DNA from: a virus
Virus record (IMG/VR): IMGVR_UViG_3300017759_003727
Span: 12,074-76,073 of that record
Strand: one strand, 5' to 3'
DNA: 64,000 nucleotides
This document shows, one piece after another, positions 8,974-18,988 of the stretch. The notes under the pieces were generated by a model. The model was given only the letters and a program-made list of their open reading frames with translations. It was not told the DNA's origin and ran no database searches. The position numbers were made by a program, and so were the translations under genes. Within the stretch, counting starts at the first letter, position 1, and each line of letters begins with the position of its first letter.

Positions 8974-11900
8974 GTAATTATAAAAAATATTTTTCAAAAA
9001 CTAATCAGAAATTAAAAATTGCTGGTGCTGGTAGTAAAGCTGAACCTAGTAATTTAATACCTAATAAACGTGCTTTCGTAAAAGAAAGTTATAGTCTGTC
9101 AAGTACAGTTGATTTGGTTTCTGAAGGGCCAATAGGTGGTTTAGTTGATGTAGATGGAAGATATTTGGCAGGAGATGAAAACGATATAATAGAAACAGTT
9201 CCATCTGAAGATAATGTTTTAAGTTCTAAGGAAGGTTTTATATTAAAAGGTTTTCCAGATAAATTTTTAAATCAAACTTACTTACCAAAGGTTTCAAATA
9301 TCCCAGGAAGTTATAAAAAGCTTAGGTCTAAAAAATCCTACAGAACTATAATTATAGTTGATTTAAGTTCGAACTCTGAAAGACATTTAGATGCGATAAA
9401 AGAAAAAGTACAAACAGTAATTGAGTCAACCAACTTAATGAAAGCGGCTGGATATCAAATAGACTTTACATTAGTTGGGTTAGGAGATCAAGGGCAAGTA
9501 ATACGGCAAGAATTGGTTGGTTTTGGTCATTATACGTCACTTATTCCAGTATTTGGAAGCTTCCAATATTTAGATGATATATCTAGAACAACTAATCCAG
9601 AAAAGATTTATAACTCAATAAGTAACGCTACAACCCTAGTAGAAGGAGATGGCAAAAGTAGAACGTCATATACTGAAGCGATAGCGAATATATTAGATGA
9701 ACAAGGAGACAGAGGGTATTATCCAAATGCCTTTATTGTTATTGGGGCTAATCCAGATACTACTACCAACAAATCGGTTGCACTAGAAAGAATAGAAGAA
9801 TTAGCGCAAACAGCAGCGGTTAAGAATGCGACTAATCGAGGCATAGTAAATGTGTCAGATCCGACGCAGGGGAACACAATTCTTACATTTGGATTTAGGC
9901 TTCATGTTTTGACAATTGACATTGGTAATGGAGAGATGGAAAGATCTCTAAGGGCTGTAAAAAATGCTTCGCTTAATATTGAAACAAAAGAATTTCAGTC
10001 AGATAAGACTGTATTAGATGTTTTTAAATATATACAACCAAACTTATTAGGCACTTCGTCATCTAAAGTATATAGAGGTTTTGAGGGAGCTAAAAATCAG
10101 TTACATCCAAAAGATGTTCCACAACTAGCTTTTGACGGATCAAATTGGGCTATAACAAATCTTGAGGGTAGTGTTATATATTATACTTGTCCAGAGGACC
10201 GTTTTTCATATAATCTTTTTTATGGGTTCGACATACCTTGGACAGCATCTGAACAAGCTGCTGGACCAGCTGGGGAAACATATTTGTTAAATGGTTTAAC
10301 GCTCGACAAAGGTGTTTATTTTGACGAATTACAATTAAAAACTGATAGAGGCAAACAATTCGCAAAATACAAAATAGAACAAAAGCTAGGAAGCGAAAAC
10401 CAAACCGCATCAAAAATAGTGCCTAAAGCTGTAAGATTACACACTAAGAATTTTAAATTATTGGGGCCTTACGATAGGGACATTAATGGAGCTAGAGCGG
10501 GAACGGGAAGCGCTGATATAAGAAAATTTAATAGTGATACTGCAGGAGGTAGCAGAAACTTCACCGATTGGCAATCATTTGATCCAGCGCAAACAGATCC
10601 AAGTATTTTTTATCATGAAGTGACAGATGAAGACGTAGATTCTTTGGATCTTGAAATACAAATATCTCAATTATCAGATACTCAAAGTTTTTCTTCAAAG
10701 GGTGATAATAAAAGTGGAAGAGCAACAATGGGTAGAAATCTAGCTACCACAATAAAATACTCTATTACTTTAGAACTTGTTTTTAGAGATGGAACAACTG
10801 AAAATAGATTATTAAATTTAAAAATACCACTTAGCGATAAAAAAGGTTTTCAAACCGTTAATACCGAATCAGCTAGTATAATTTCCGTAAAGGGAATTAT
10901 AACAGCACCTTATTCTTTCACCATAAAAGATATTGTATTACCAGAAAAAACAGATGATATTGTGAAAAGAGTACTTAAGGTTGAAAAACTAACTTATGAA
11001 ACTAATTCGAACCTTATAAATAGATTGACTCACATAAGTTCTGTTGCAGAAAGAAGTAAATATAGTTTTAATTACCCTTATTCAGCTAGTATTGTAACAT
11101 CTTTAGACGCAAGAGCTTTTGACGATATGCCCAATAGAACTTTTAAACTTAAGGGCAAAAAAATATTAATACCTTCAAATTATTTTCCAACTGATGAAGC
11201 TGGATTGGATAGAAGATTTTCTGAAGATTCGTCTACTGCTGGAAATCTTATATATGATGGGTTATGGGATGGAACTTTCAGATATGATTGGTCAGACAAT
11301 CCAGCTTGGATTTTATTTGATTTATTAAATAACTTTAGATATGGAACCGCTTTATACAATAGAGATTTAGAAAATATAGATATATGGTCTTTGTATGAAA
11401 TAGGAAGATACTGCGACGCTGTGGACGATTATGGGAAGTTTGAGGGCTTGACTGATGGTTTCGGAGGTTTGGAACCAAGGTTTTCATACAACCATAAAAT
11501 AGATGGAGATAATGAAGCATTTACGATTATAAAAGACATCGCTAAATTCATGCGTTGCTTAGTATACTATAAAGATTCTCAAGTACAATTCAAAATAGAT
11601 AAGCCAGAACAAGCATCTATGCTATTCAATAATTTAAATGTAGTAGATGGATTGTTTAATTATGCAGACGTTGTAAAAAACTCTAGAACAAGCTCTGTAG
11701 ATGTAAGTTTTTTAGATAAGAAAAATAATTATAGACCAAGAACAGAATATGCAGAAGATCGAGACGCCATAGAAAGATATGGTTACTTAAAGCAATATAT
11801 TGATGGCTTTGGACATACTTCAAGAGCTTCAGCTCAAAGGAGTGCAAGAAATATAATTTTTGACTCAACTCATGCAACTGAGACTGTTTCTTTTGCTGCT

Positions 11901-14900
11901 GGATTTGAAGCTGCTTTATTAGCTCCAGGAGATATAATAAAAATTGATGATGAGATGAAATCTTTGGAAAAGAATTACGGTATGTTTTTAACACAAACAG
12001 GAGCTAATTCTGAAACTCATAAATACCCCAATGGAGCTTATGGGCCAACTGGACTTATAGTCGATCATCAAATAGGCAGTCAAACTGGATTAATTCCAAC
12101 TGGAGAAAACAATGAAAGCTATATATATCTTTATAACGCGTCGAACTCTACAAGTTTAAGAGAACTTTATGCCAAAAAAGATAATGCAAGGGTCACTTAT
12201 ACCGATGAAGAAATTTCTGGATTAAAAAAACCTAAAATAAGTAAATTACAAATTGATACTGGCGCGCATCCTTTCCAAAATTTAGGAGACGATAGTATAT
12301 TAATTAAATTAAACCCTAATCAAAACTTTCCACAAGATGCTGGGTATTTTCCATCAATGACCCCATATTCGGTTGACATAACTGGAAGAGCGGAAAAACA
12401 ATATAGGGTATTAAGTGTTAAAGAAAATGAGGACTCTACATATGCAGTTGGGGCCATCATTTATCATAGCGGTAAATATGATGTAATTGAAAAAAATGTA
12501 AACTTTGACCCCACTCAAGACAATTTTGATGTATCATTGCAAAGCAATGTATCTACTTTACCCCAAATACCCGCTTCAATAACCGCCAGAACAGATCTTA
12601 GTGGAGTGAATAAATTTGGAGCGATTGATCATTTTTTTGATATTGTAAATAGCGACCCAGTTCAAGCAGATCAATATAAAATATTTTTAACTTATCCAAG
12701 CAATAGAAGTATAGTTTTACCTAGATTACTAAGAACTGGCTTAGGAACTAATGAAGGAAATACATCAGATAATGGAAAAACACAACTTGCTATTACTGGA
12801 GAACTTATTAATCAATTTGGAACTTATGAATTAGAAATTTTCTCTGAGTTTACTAAATACTACACCAAGAGATCTACTAATTCTAGATCTGTAGAATTTA
12901 CTGTTACAGCGGACGATCTAGGATTAGGAAATTTTGGTAAGGTTGTAACTTTCGATGGCATTACCAGCAAAAATCAAGATGATGTCTTTACTGAAAATTT
13001 CGCCAAACAATTAACGGGGACTTCTTTAGTTGGAGAATCAGATAGCCAAGGTTCAAGATTAACGAGAAATGATAATGATGATAGTTTTTTAGATTTGTCA
13101 CTGCAATACGTAGATTTTGTTGGAAATAATGCATTAGACCAAGGATACAACTTGGCTTCTGAATTTCATTTTTATGACAGTAATCCTGGATCTGGCATGT
13201 TCAACGCAGTAGAATTAGCTTTTACTGGAAAAATTGGTATGGATAAATTTGTTGTTAATAAAAGCAACAATCATGAAAGCCTTCAAGTTTCTGTTACTGG
13301 ATTAAAGAGTGGTTTTGATTTTGAAGAAGCAAATTCTACATGTCTGAATAATAAATTTGGCATACAGACAAGTGGTTTCAGTGGTGCAAGAGGTGCGGAT
13401 CGCTATGGTACTGGATACCATGTTAAATTTGCAGAACAATTTAAAGGTTCACCAGTTGTGTTTATACAACAGGTGATGAAAAGCGGTATATCTTTTACTG
13501 ATTATGATAATTTAGATACTTATAATATAACACCTTCTGTTGTCCGCGCAAATACCACGGGATTTATTCATAATACTATGTCAAATGACGTGTCATTTTT
13601 TAATTATTTTGCTTTTGAAACTGGAGATTTTAGAATAAACAATCAAAGATTTAAGGTAAGGAGGGTAGAAAAATCAGATTACGCTGATTTACAAGTGGAT
13701 TTTGCGGATTCATTTACAGGTCAAAGAAATGAAAATGTTGTAAACAAAAAAAATCCAATAGTATTCGTACAAAAACAAGCAAATCAAAATGAAATTAGTT
13801 TTGTTGGAGGGACAATTGCACAAGTTTTGAATGGGACTAACAGCGGCTTTAGTCTTAGGGCAACAAATATTTATGGTTGTTCAGATACTGGTGATTATGG
13901 ATACTTAGCTATAGAACAAACAAATGATAATGTAAACGAATTCAATTTCCAAGTAATTGATGATGACAAAACACAGTTCACTGGAGGAGACATATTTTTA
14001 ACTGATGGATTGCTTTCTCCTTATAACTCTGGCATAGAAAATATAAATTATACAGATTTTGGAAGTGGAACATTCAATTATAGGGCATCGCATTTTTATC
14101 AAGATGGTTCTCAAAAAATATCTCAACCTGGAGATAAATTTGATTACTATCAAGTTGATTTTTTAGCCCAAAATGATGGTTTTGTTGGTGACACTTCTAC
14201 ACACACTCGATTTGAAACTCAAGCTGCTGTTGTAGATGGCGGAAACAAAACATCTGGTAATTGGGTAAGATATAGTGATGTTGGGGCATATAATAATACT
14301 GGAATTTTTGCAACTGGTTTGGATGCTGAGGGAGATAATGTTAAAATTCACTTTAATCAAAACACCTTACATAGTAGCGGAAATTTAAATATAGGGAAAA
14401 AAGGATTTTCTGTTTTAGGCTGGTTCCAATTTAAAGAAGATTCAGATCAATGGGCTACTTTAATAGATAATTGGCATGGCACTGGATTTGTTTGGAGACA
14501 AAGTGGTGGATACAACCAAATATTTGCAGGTACAGGAAACAGTCAATCTAATGTTGTTAATGTAGCAGAAAATTTAAATGACGGGAAAACCCACTCAATT
14601 TTTGTAAGCGTTGGTAATAATGGAGCTGTCACTTCTTGGGTAGATGGTGAGAGAACGACAGGTACTAGTGTTGACCCTTGGTCAGAGACACCAAGTGGAT
14701 TAAATAATTTAGGTGTTTGTAGCTTTTTGGGGTCTCAAGGTAATGGAGGAAACGCTGGATGCCCGTTAACTGGACAAAGCTTGAGTAGTGGATTTGCCCA
14801 AAATTTCATGTTCATAAAAGATGGAATAATGGACGATAACTCTGCGAAGCTTTATTCTGTAAATCCATATAAGGCATATATTGCAACTGACAATTGGGCA

Positions 14901-16397
14901 ATTCTAGACTTTCACTTTGGCACAGGTGCGCTTGCTACCGATAAAGGAGGTCTGAATGTTGTACCGACCTATGGTTATAGTATTTCTGGAGGAATAACAG
15001 GCAACGTGATTAAAACTTTACCCATCAACGATGGAAACACAGTAAATCAAAATATAAACTACACAACAGGCGTTAGGGATTATAATGTATTTATGATCGG
15101 AGGAGTTTCTGGAGATGTCAATTTCTCAACTAATCATAACGGCATAAGTGGAAACAAATATACGGAAGATTTAATTTTAAATATGAGTCCTTTTAGAGAT
15201 GGTATTGGGTTTGATGCTTTTGTATCAGATATTGATAACTTTGCTGATTTTGAAAGTGGAGAACATAGAGAGGAGATAATCATACCAGAAGGAAAAATTA
15301 GTGGTGTTCCTCTTTATAGTGGATTCAATGCGGGACTTGAGTTTGGTGAAGAATTTGAAAACGAATCTGTCGTAACAATAGATTTTCAACATTCTAATCC
15401 TTTAATTTATAGATATCCAACGGGAATAATCTTTACAGGGTTCAGTCATTACACAGGTGTAGATAGTAACGGTAACTTTATTGATGGAGAAACTGGTTGG
15501 TACCTTACTAATTCTGGAGGAAATGTAGATGACCCAACGGATTATGGAAATGTAGCGATTACTACTTTGGGAGAAACCACAGCAACTACTAGCTCTACTA
15601 CAATGGAAGGATTTTTTAGTGGACACCAAAATATAGTCTCAGTAAAATTCTTTACTGGTAGTCAAAGTGGTTTTACTTTTAATCCTTATTCTGATGATTT
15701 CGCATTTGAAAGAGATGTTAATTTAAGAATTGAAACTGGTTTTTCTGGAGGAAATGGCGGGCTTGGAATATATCAAAGAGAATTTATATTTACTAACAAC
15801 GATATTGATTCGAACACTGGAATGATTTTTTATTCAGCTATACCATATTCACAATTAGGGCCGATTCTTAATATGCAAACTGGACAACTAGCTTCTCATA
15901 AAAATTTAAATAATCCATTTGGAAGCTTTAGGTTGGACGAACATGTATTTAGTGGTAGAATGTTTACTGGATTTCCAGATTTTAATGATGACCACCCAAA
16001 TGTAGAACCAACTAATTCAAAAACATCTGCATTAGTTAGTCAAGGTAATTTAAAACTTACTGGAGAATGTCATATTTATATTTCAAGAGAATCTGGATTA
16101 TCTGATTTGCAATTTAATGATGAAACATTTGTTGTCTCACATACTGCTGGTGAAGTAGAATTCAGAATAGATACTGGAATAGCAGATGGAATAGGTATGG
16201 ATGACGAATGGTCAATGACAATTGATCAAAGAACAAGTAGCTCTGTAAGGGTAAGAGACGCTCAAAATAATGCTACAGTAGCTACTGCTGCAACATCAGC
16301 AGGTGCGGTTAGTAAAAGTAATAGCAATGAAGCTATGATAACTGTAACTTACGACAAGACTTCGAACAAAATTTTATTTAGAGAATTTAGTTCTTAA
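8970..16397 (+). CDS. Central tail fibre / tail tip protein J with vWA-like insertion and C-terminal lectin-like (H-type-like, LamG-like) domains
   Basis: VDLVSEGPIGGLV; YSFNYPYSASIVTSLDARAFDDMPNRTFKLKGKKILIP; WDGTFRYDWSDNPAWILFDLL; EPRFSYN; FAAGFEAALLAPGDIIKIDD; QYRVLSVKEN - gpJ hallmarks. Confidence 0.92.
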   Translation: MSNYKKYFSKTNQKLKIAGAGSKAEPSNLIPNKRAFVKESYSLSSTVDLVSEGPIGGLVDVDGRYLAGDENDIIETVPSEDNVLSSKEGFILKGFPDKFLNQTYLPKVSNIPGSYKKLRSKKSYRTIIIVDLSSNSERHLDAIKEKVQTVIESTNLMKAAGYQIDFTLVGLGDQGQVIRQELVGFGHYTSLIPVFGSFQYLDDISRTTNPEKIYNSISNATTLVEGDGKSRTSYTEAIANILDEQGDRGYYPNAFIVIGANPDTTTNKSVALERIEELAQTAAVKNATNRGIVNVSDPTQGNTILTFGFRLHVLTIDIGNGEMERSLRAVKNASLNIETKEFQSDKTVLDVFKYIQPNLLGTSSSKVYRGFEGAKNQLHPKDVPQLAFDGSNWAITNLEGSVIYYTCPEDRFSYNLFYGFDIPWTASEQAAGPAGETYLLNGLTLDKGVYFDELQLKTDRGKQFAKYKIEQKLGSENQTASKIVPKAVRLHTKNFKLLGPYDRDINGARAGTGSADIRKFNSDTAGGSRNFTDWQSFDPAQTDPSIFYHEVTDEDVDSLDLEIQISQLSDTQSFSSKGDNKSGRATMGRNLATTIKYSITLELVFRDGTTENRLLNLKIPLSDKKGFQTVNTESASIISVKGIITAPYSFTIKDIVLPEKTDDIVKRVLKVEKLTYETNSNLINRLTHISSVAERSKYSFNYPYSASIVTSLDARAFDDMPNRTFKLKGKKILIPSNYFPTDEAGLDRRFSEDSSTAGNLIYDGLWDGTFRYDWSDNPAWILFDLLNNFRYGTALYNRDLENIDIWSLYEIGRYCDAVDDYGKFEGLTDGFGGLEPRFSYNHKIDGDNEAFTIIKDIAKFMRCLVYYKDSQVQFKIDKPEQASMLFNNLNVVDGLFNYADVVKNSRTSSVDVSFLDKKNNYRPRTEYAEDRDAIERYGYLKQYIDGFGHTSRASAQRSARNIIFDSTHATETVSFAAGFEAALLAPGDIIKIDDEMKSLEKNYGMFLTQTGANSETHKYPNGAYGPTGLIVDHQIGSQTGLIPTGENNESYIYLYNASNSTSLRELYAKKDNARVTYTDEEISGLKKPKISKLQIDTGAHPFQNLGDDSILIKLNPNQNFPQDAGYFPSMTPYSVDITGRAEKQYRVLSVKENEDSTYAVGAIIYHSGKYDVIEKNVNFDPTQDNFDVSLQSNVSTLPQIPASITARTDLSGVNKFGAIDHFFDIVNSDPVQADQYKIFLTYPSNRSIVLPRLLRTGLGTNEGNTSDNGKTQLAITGELINQFGTYELEIFSEFTKYYTKRSTNSRSVEFTVTADDLGLGNFGKVVTFDGITSKNQDDVFTENFAKQLTGTSLVGESDSQGSRLTRNDNDDSFLDLSLQYVDFVGNNALDQGYNLASEFHFYDSNPGSGMFNAVELAFTGKIGMDKFVVNKSNNHESLQVSVTGLKSGFDFEEANSTCLNNKFGIQTSGFSGARGADRYGTGYHVKFAEQFKGSPVVFIQQVMKSGISFTDYDNLDTYNITPSVVRANTTGFIHNTMSNDVSFFNYFAFETGDFRINNQRFKVRRVEKSDYADLQVDFADSFTGQRNENVVNKKNPIVFVQKQANQNEISFVGGTIAQVLNGTNSGFSLRATNIYGCSDTGDYGYLAIEQTNDNVNEFNFQVIDDDKTQFTGGDIFLTDGLLSPYNSGIENINYTDFGSGTFNYRASHFYQDGSQKISQPGDKFDYYQVDFLAQNDGFVGDTSTHTRFETQAAVVDGGNKTSGNWVRYSDVGAYNNTGIFATGLDAEGDNVKIHFNQNTLHSSGNLNIGKKGFSVLGWFQFKEDSDQWATLIDNWHGTGFVWRQSGGYNQIFAGTGNSQSNVVNVAENLNDGKTHSIFVSVGNNGAVTSWVDGERTTGTSVDPWSETPSGLNNLGVCSFLGSQGNGGNAGCPLTGQSLSSGFAQNFMFIKDGIMDDNSAKLYSVNPYKAYIATDNWAILDFHFGTGALATDKGGLNVVPTYGYSISGGITGNVIKTLPINDGNTVNQNINYTTGVRDYNVFMIGGVSGDVNFSTNHNGISGNKYTEDLILNMSPFRDGIGFDAFVSDIDNFADFESGEHREEIIIPEGKISGVPLYSGFNAGLEFGEEFENESVVTIDFQHSNPLIYRYPTGIIFTGFSHYTGVDSNGNFIDGETGWYLTNSGGNVDDPTDYGNVAITTLGETTATTSSTTMEGFFSGHQNIVSVKFFTGSQSGFTFNPYSDDFAFERDVNLRIETGFSGGNGGLGIYQREFIFTNNDIDSNTGMIFYSAIPYSQLGPILNMQTGQLASHKNLNNPFGSFRLDEHVFSGRMFTGFPDFNDDHPNVEPTNSKTSALVSQGNLKLTGECHIYISRESGLSDLQFNDETFVVSHTAGEVEFRIDTGIADGIGMDDEWSMTIDQRTSSSVRVRDAQNNATVATAATSAGAVSKSNSNEAMITVTYDKTSNKILFREFSS

Positions 16398-16887
16398 GGA
16401 TTTTATATCTATATTCCGTAGCTAAATTAAACCCATTTTTTTTATAAAATTTTTTTAATTTTGGATCGTCGTTAATATTTCCTACATTAATAATATCAAA
16501 ATTATTAGCTTTTGCATATTTAATGCTTTCTTTAAATAATTTTATAGATATTTTTGGATTATTTGAAAACCAAACATACTCCGTAAATGTTCTTTTGTTT
16601 ATTTTTTCATCTAACCCCATAATCCACCAAATAAAACCATCTAAAACATCATCTGTTTTATGTATCAAGGCATAACAAGAGTTCCAATGATATTGATTAG
16701 ACCAAAAAGACTGCAAACAATTCACATCAAAAGGTAGTCCAAATTTAGAAAACTTATTTTCAGAATGAAATTTATCGTTCCATTCTTTTTGATTGATTGC
16801 CCAATTATCAAAGCACTCTTGTACTTCTGAAATATGCTGTACTCTTTTTATCATTTTACCAAAAACCACAGGCTCTACCAAATCCAA
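16387..16887 (-). CDS. GNAT-like acetyltransferase
   Basis: DGFIWW...EYVWFS...KLFKESIKYAKANNFDIINVG...LKKFYKKNGF (C-terminal FYxKxGF GNAT motif). Confidence 0.65.
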   Translation of the reverse strand: MDLVEPVVFGKMIKRVQHISEVQECFDNWAINQKEWNDKFHSENKFSKFGLPFDVNCLQSFWSNQYHWNSCYALIHKTDDVLDGFIWWIMGLDEKINKRTFTEYVWFSNNPKISIKLFKESIKYAKANNFDIINVGNINDDPKLKKFYKKNGFNLATEYRYKILKN

Positions 16888-17140
16888 ACATATTTACAAA
16901 ACAAAAATAAATAGTAAGCAACATTGGGAAAGCTACTTTACGTTCATAATGAGCCAAGGTTGACGCTAGAGCTGCTATAAAAAATATTGGATACACAAGC
17001 TCCATTGTTGGATTGTCCGCAGTTATAGCTAAGTATAAAGAAGCAGAAACAGCAAACACAAAACTAACAACTTCTAGGTAAAAAGCCTTCCGATTTGACA
17101 GAAAGCTTTCTACCCAAAAACCCTTTACTTTAGAAATCAT
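16856..17140 (-). CDS. Small three-TM membrane protein (conserved aquatic-phage family)
   Basis: KAFYLEVVSFVFAVSASLYLA...LVYPIFFIAALA...FPMLLTIYFCFVNMFG. Confidence 0.7.
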   Translation of the reverse strand: MISKVKGFWVESFLSNRKAFYLEVVSFVFAVSASLYLAITADNPTMELVYPIFFIAALASTLAHYERKVAFPMLLTIYFCFVNMFGFGRACGFW

Positions 17141-17859
17141 AATAACTTCAATAGTTTACGACACTCTTTGGCAGGAATATCTTTATATTCTTCCCAAGAT
17201 TTAATAATTTCTGGATCGTTTGTATAATCTTCACTCTTATAAAGCTCTCTAAGTTTGTTTTTGAAGTCTACAAAGGTAAGACCTGCTTTTTCTCTTAAAA
17301 TGCCTTGTGGGCTAATATCTTTAGCTGTAGAAGGCGAATTTGTTTGAATTGGAGCTTTGTCTTTAGAAGAATCTATCTCATCAGCGCCAACAATGTGAAT
17401 ATTTAAAAAATTACGGACACAACGTACAAAAGCACGATTTTCAGCAATACATTCTAAGAATTTTGCAGCGAAACCGTTTGTGTTATTTGTTGTAGCATTT
17501 GCAATAGAAGCAAAAGTTTGTGTGCCATTGCTTTCGTAATTTTCAATCCAACTAATCATACACTGAGTAACAACACGTTCATCTGAGGATTCTGCAATAT
17601 CATATGTAACATTGTGGAAACCACGTAGTCTAGCTAACTCTTTGATACCGCTTAACTTAATAAGTAATTGGCTATCGTCTAAACCATCTACTGATTTGGG
17701 AACAGGCATCTTACGAAATTCGAAATAATCCTTATTAGGATATAAATGATCTGATTTAATCATAGCTCTCCAATTGACAGAGCCGTCTTCATTAAAAACA
17801 TAATCAACTGATTCTAGTAGACCATGTTCGTTTCTTTTGTATTTTTCTGGATTACTCAT
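17137..17859 (-). CDS. Putative Rad52/Sak-like ssDNA-annealing protein
   Basis: LLIKLSGIKELA...VVTQCMISW...CIAENRAFVRCVRNFLNI resembles the AEtRA.gRAlr motif of Rad52-like recombinases. Confidence 0.45.
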   Translation of the reverse strand: MSNPEKYKRNEHGLLESVDYVFNEDGSVNWRAMIKSDHLYPNKDYFEFRKMPVPKSVDGLDDSQLLIKLSGIKELARLRGFHNVTYDIAESSDERVVTQCMISWIENYESNGTQTFASIANATTNNTNGFAAKFLECIAENRAFVRCVRNFLNIHIVGADEIDSSKDKAPIQTNSPSTAKDISPQGILREKAGLTFVDFKNKLRELYKSEDYTNDPEIIKSWEEYKDIPAKECRKLLKLL

Positions 17860-18988
17860 ATAAATATAAACTTTCTAATTCTTGTTTTGAAGTATCATTT
17901 AATACAAACTTTTCACTATTGTCAAGCGAATTCGCAGATAAACGAGAATTAAACACCTTTCCTTGAGAAATAAAACGTTTTTTGCAGAAAAATTTTGTTT
18001 TATCAGATATTTCTGACACTTCTTGACCTTGAATTTCTAAATCAACAAGATAATCAAAGTATTTTAGTCTTAAATCTTTGAGGTCTTCTTCTTTTTTAGC
18101 TAAAACTACAAGTTCTATTTTGTTTTTTTTAATTTTTTTAAAAAAATCAGAGTAATCTTTATTCAAATCTTTTATTTTAAAAGTTATTCTTTTTGTGGTT
18201 TGTTTGATAGCATTTAAATGTTCATCCATTAGTTCTTCGTCAATAACTAAATGAGATAAACACATTCTGCACCAGTTAATAATATTGTTTAAATCAAAAT
18301 GTAGGTCACCTCTAATATTTACTGGACGATTATGCAGTTCTTTTGAATAAGCAAAAAAGTTTGGGACAATCTCTACAAGAGGAGCGTTATATAAAGCACC
18401 CGCTCTTACTGTTTTGAATGGAATTTTAAAATCAATATTTAGTTTATCTAAAACCGCTTGGGCTAAAGATTCTGGTTTCACCTCATTAATTCTTTTTACT
18501 GGCTCTTGGTCAGCAAAAGATGGTTTAATTTCTTCAAAATTTGGAGATAGTAATGAAACCTTTTCTGGATCACTCCAATATGGATAACAGGTTTCTTTGT
18601 ATGTGTGAGAATAAAGAGAAACGATAGGTATACCAAAAGCACTTGCAATATGAACTGGTAAACTATCTATGCCTAAATGTAATTTTGATTTACTAATAAT
18701 ATAATTTGTTTGTCTGTAGGTGCATCGATTAAATAACTCGTCAACACCTTGAATAGGTTCAGCCTTGGGGCCTCCTACTTGAATTATCTTATAACCTAAC
18801 TCTTTTAATTTAGGGCCTAATAGACCAAGACAAACATCCCAATAATCATATTGTTTGGGTTGAACATCTGTATCCATGTGGAAAGTAATATATTTTTCAT
18901 GTATTACTGGATAATAATGTTTTTGAATTTTTGGTTTGCCAACCTTAACTCCTAAATCTTTTGCGTAAACTTCTACTAAGTGACTCAT
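17852..18988 (-). CDS. GT9 (heptosyltransferase-like) C-terminal domain protein plus unknown C-terminal domain
   Basis: KIIQVGG...IISKSKLHLGIDSLPVHIASAFGIPIVSLYS is the GT9 signature; GT9 N-terminal Rossmann domain absent. Confidence 0.8.
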   Translation of the reverse strand: MSHLVEVYAKDLGVKVGKPKIQKHYYPVIHEKYITFHMDTDVQPKQYDYWDVCLGLLGPKLKELGYKIIQVGGPKAEPIQGVDELFNRCTYRQTNYIISKSKLHLGIDSLPVHIASAFGIPIVSLYSHTYKETCYPYWSDPEKVSLLSPNFEEIKPSFADQEPVKRINEVKPESLAQAVLDKLNIDFKIPFKTVRAGALYNAPLVEIVPNFFAYSKELHNRPVNIRGDLHFDLNNIINWCRMCLSHLVIDEELMDEHLNAIKQTTKRITFKIKDLNKDYSDFFKKIKKNKIELVVLAKKEEDLKDLRLKYFDYLVDLEIQGQEVSEISDKTKFFCKKRFISQGKVFNSRLSANSLDNSEKFVLNDTSKQELESLYLYE

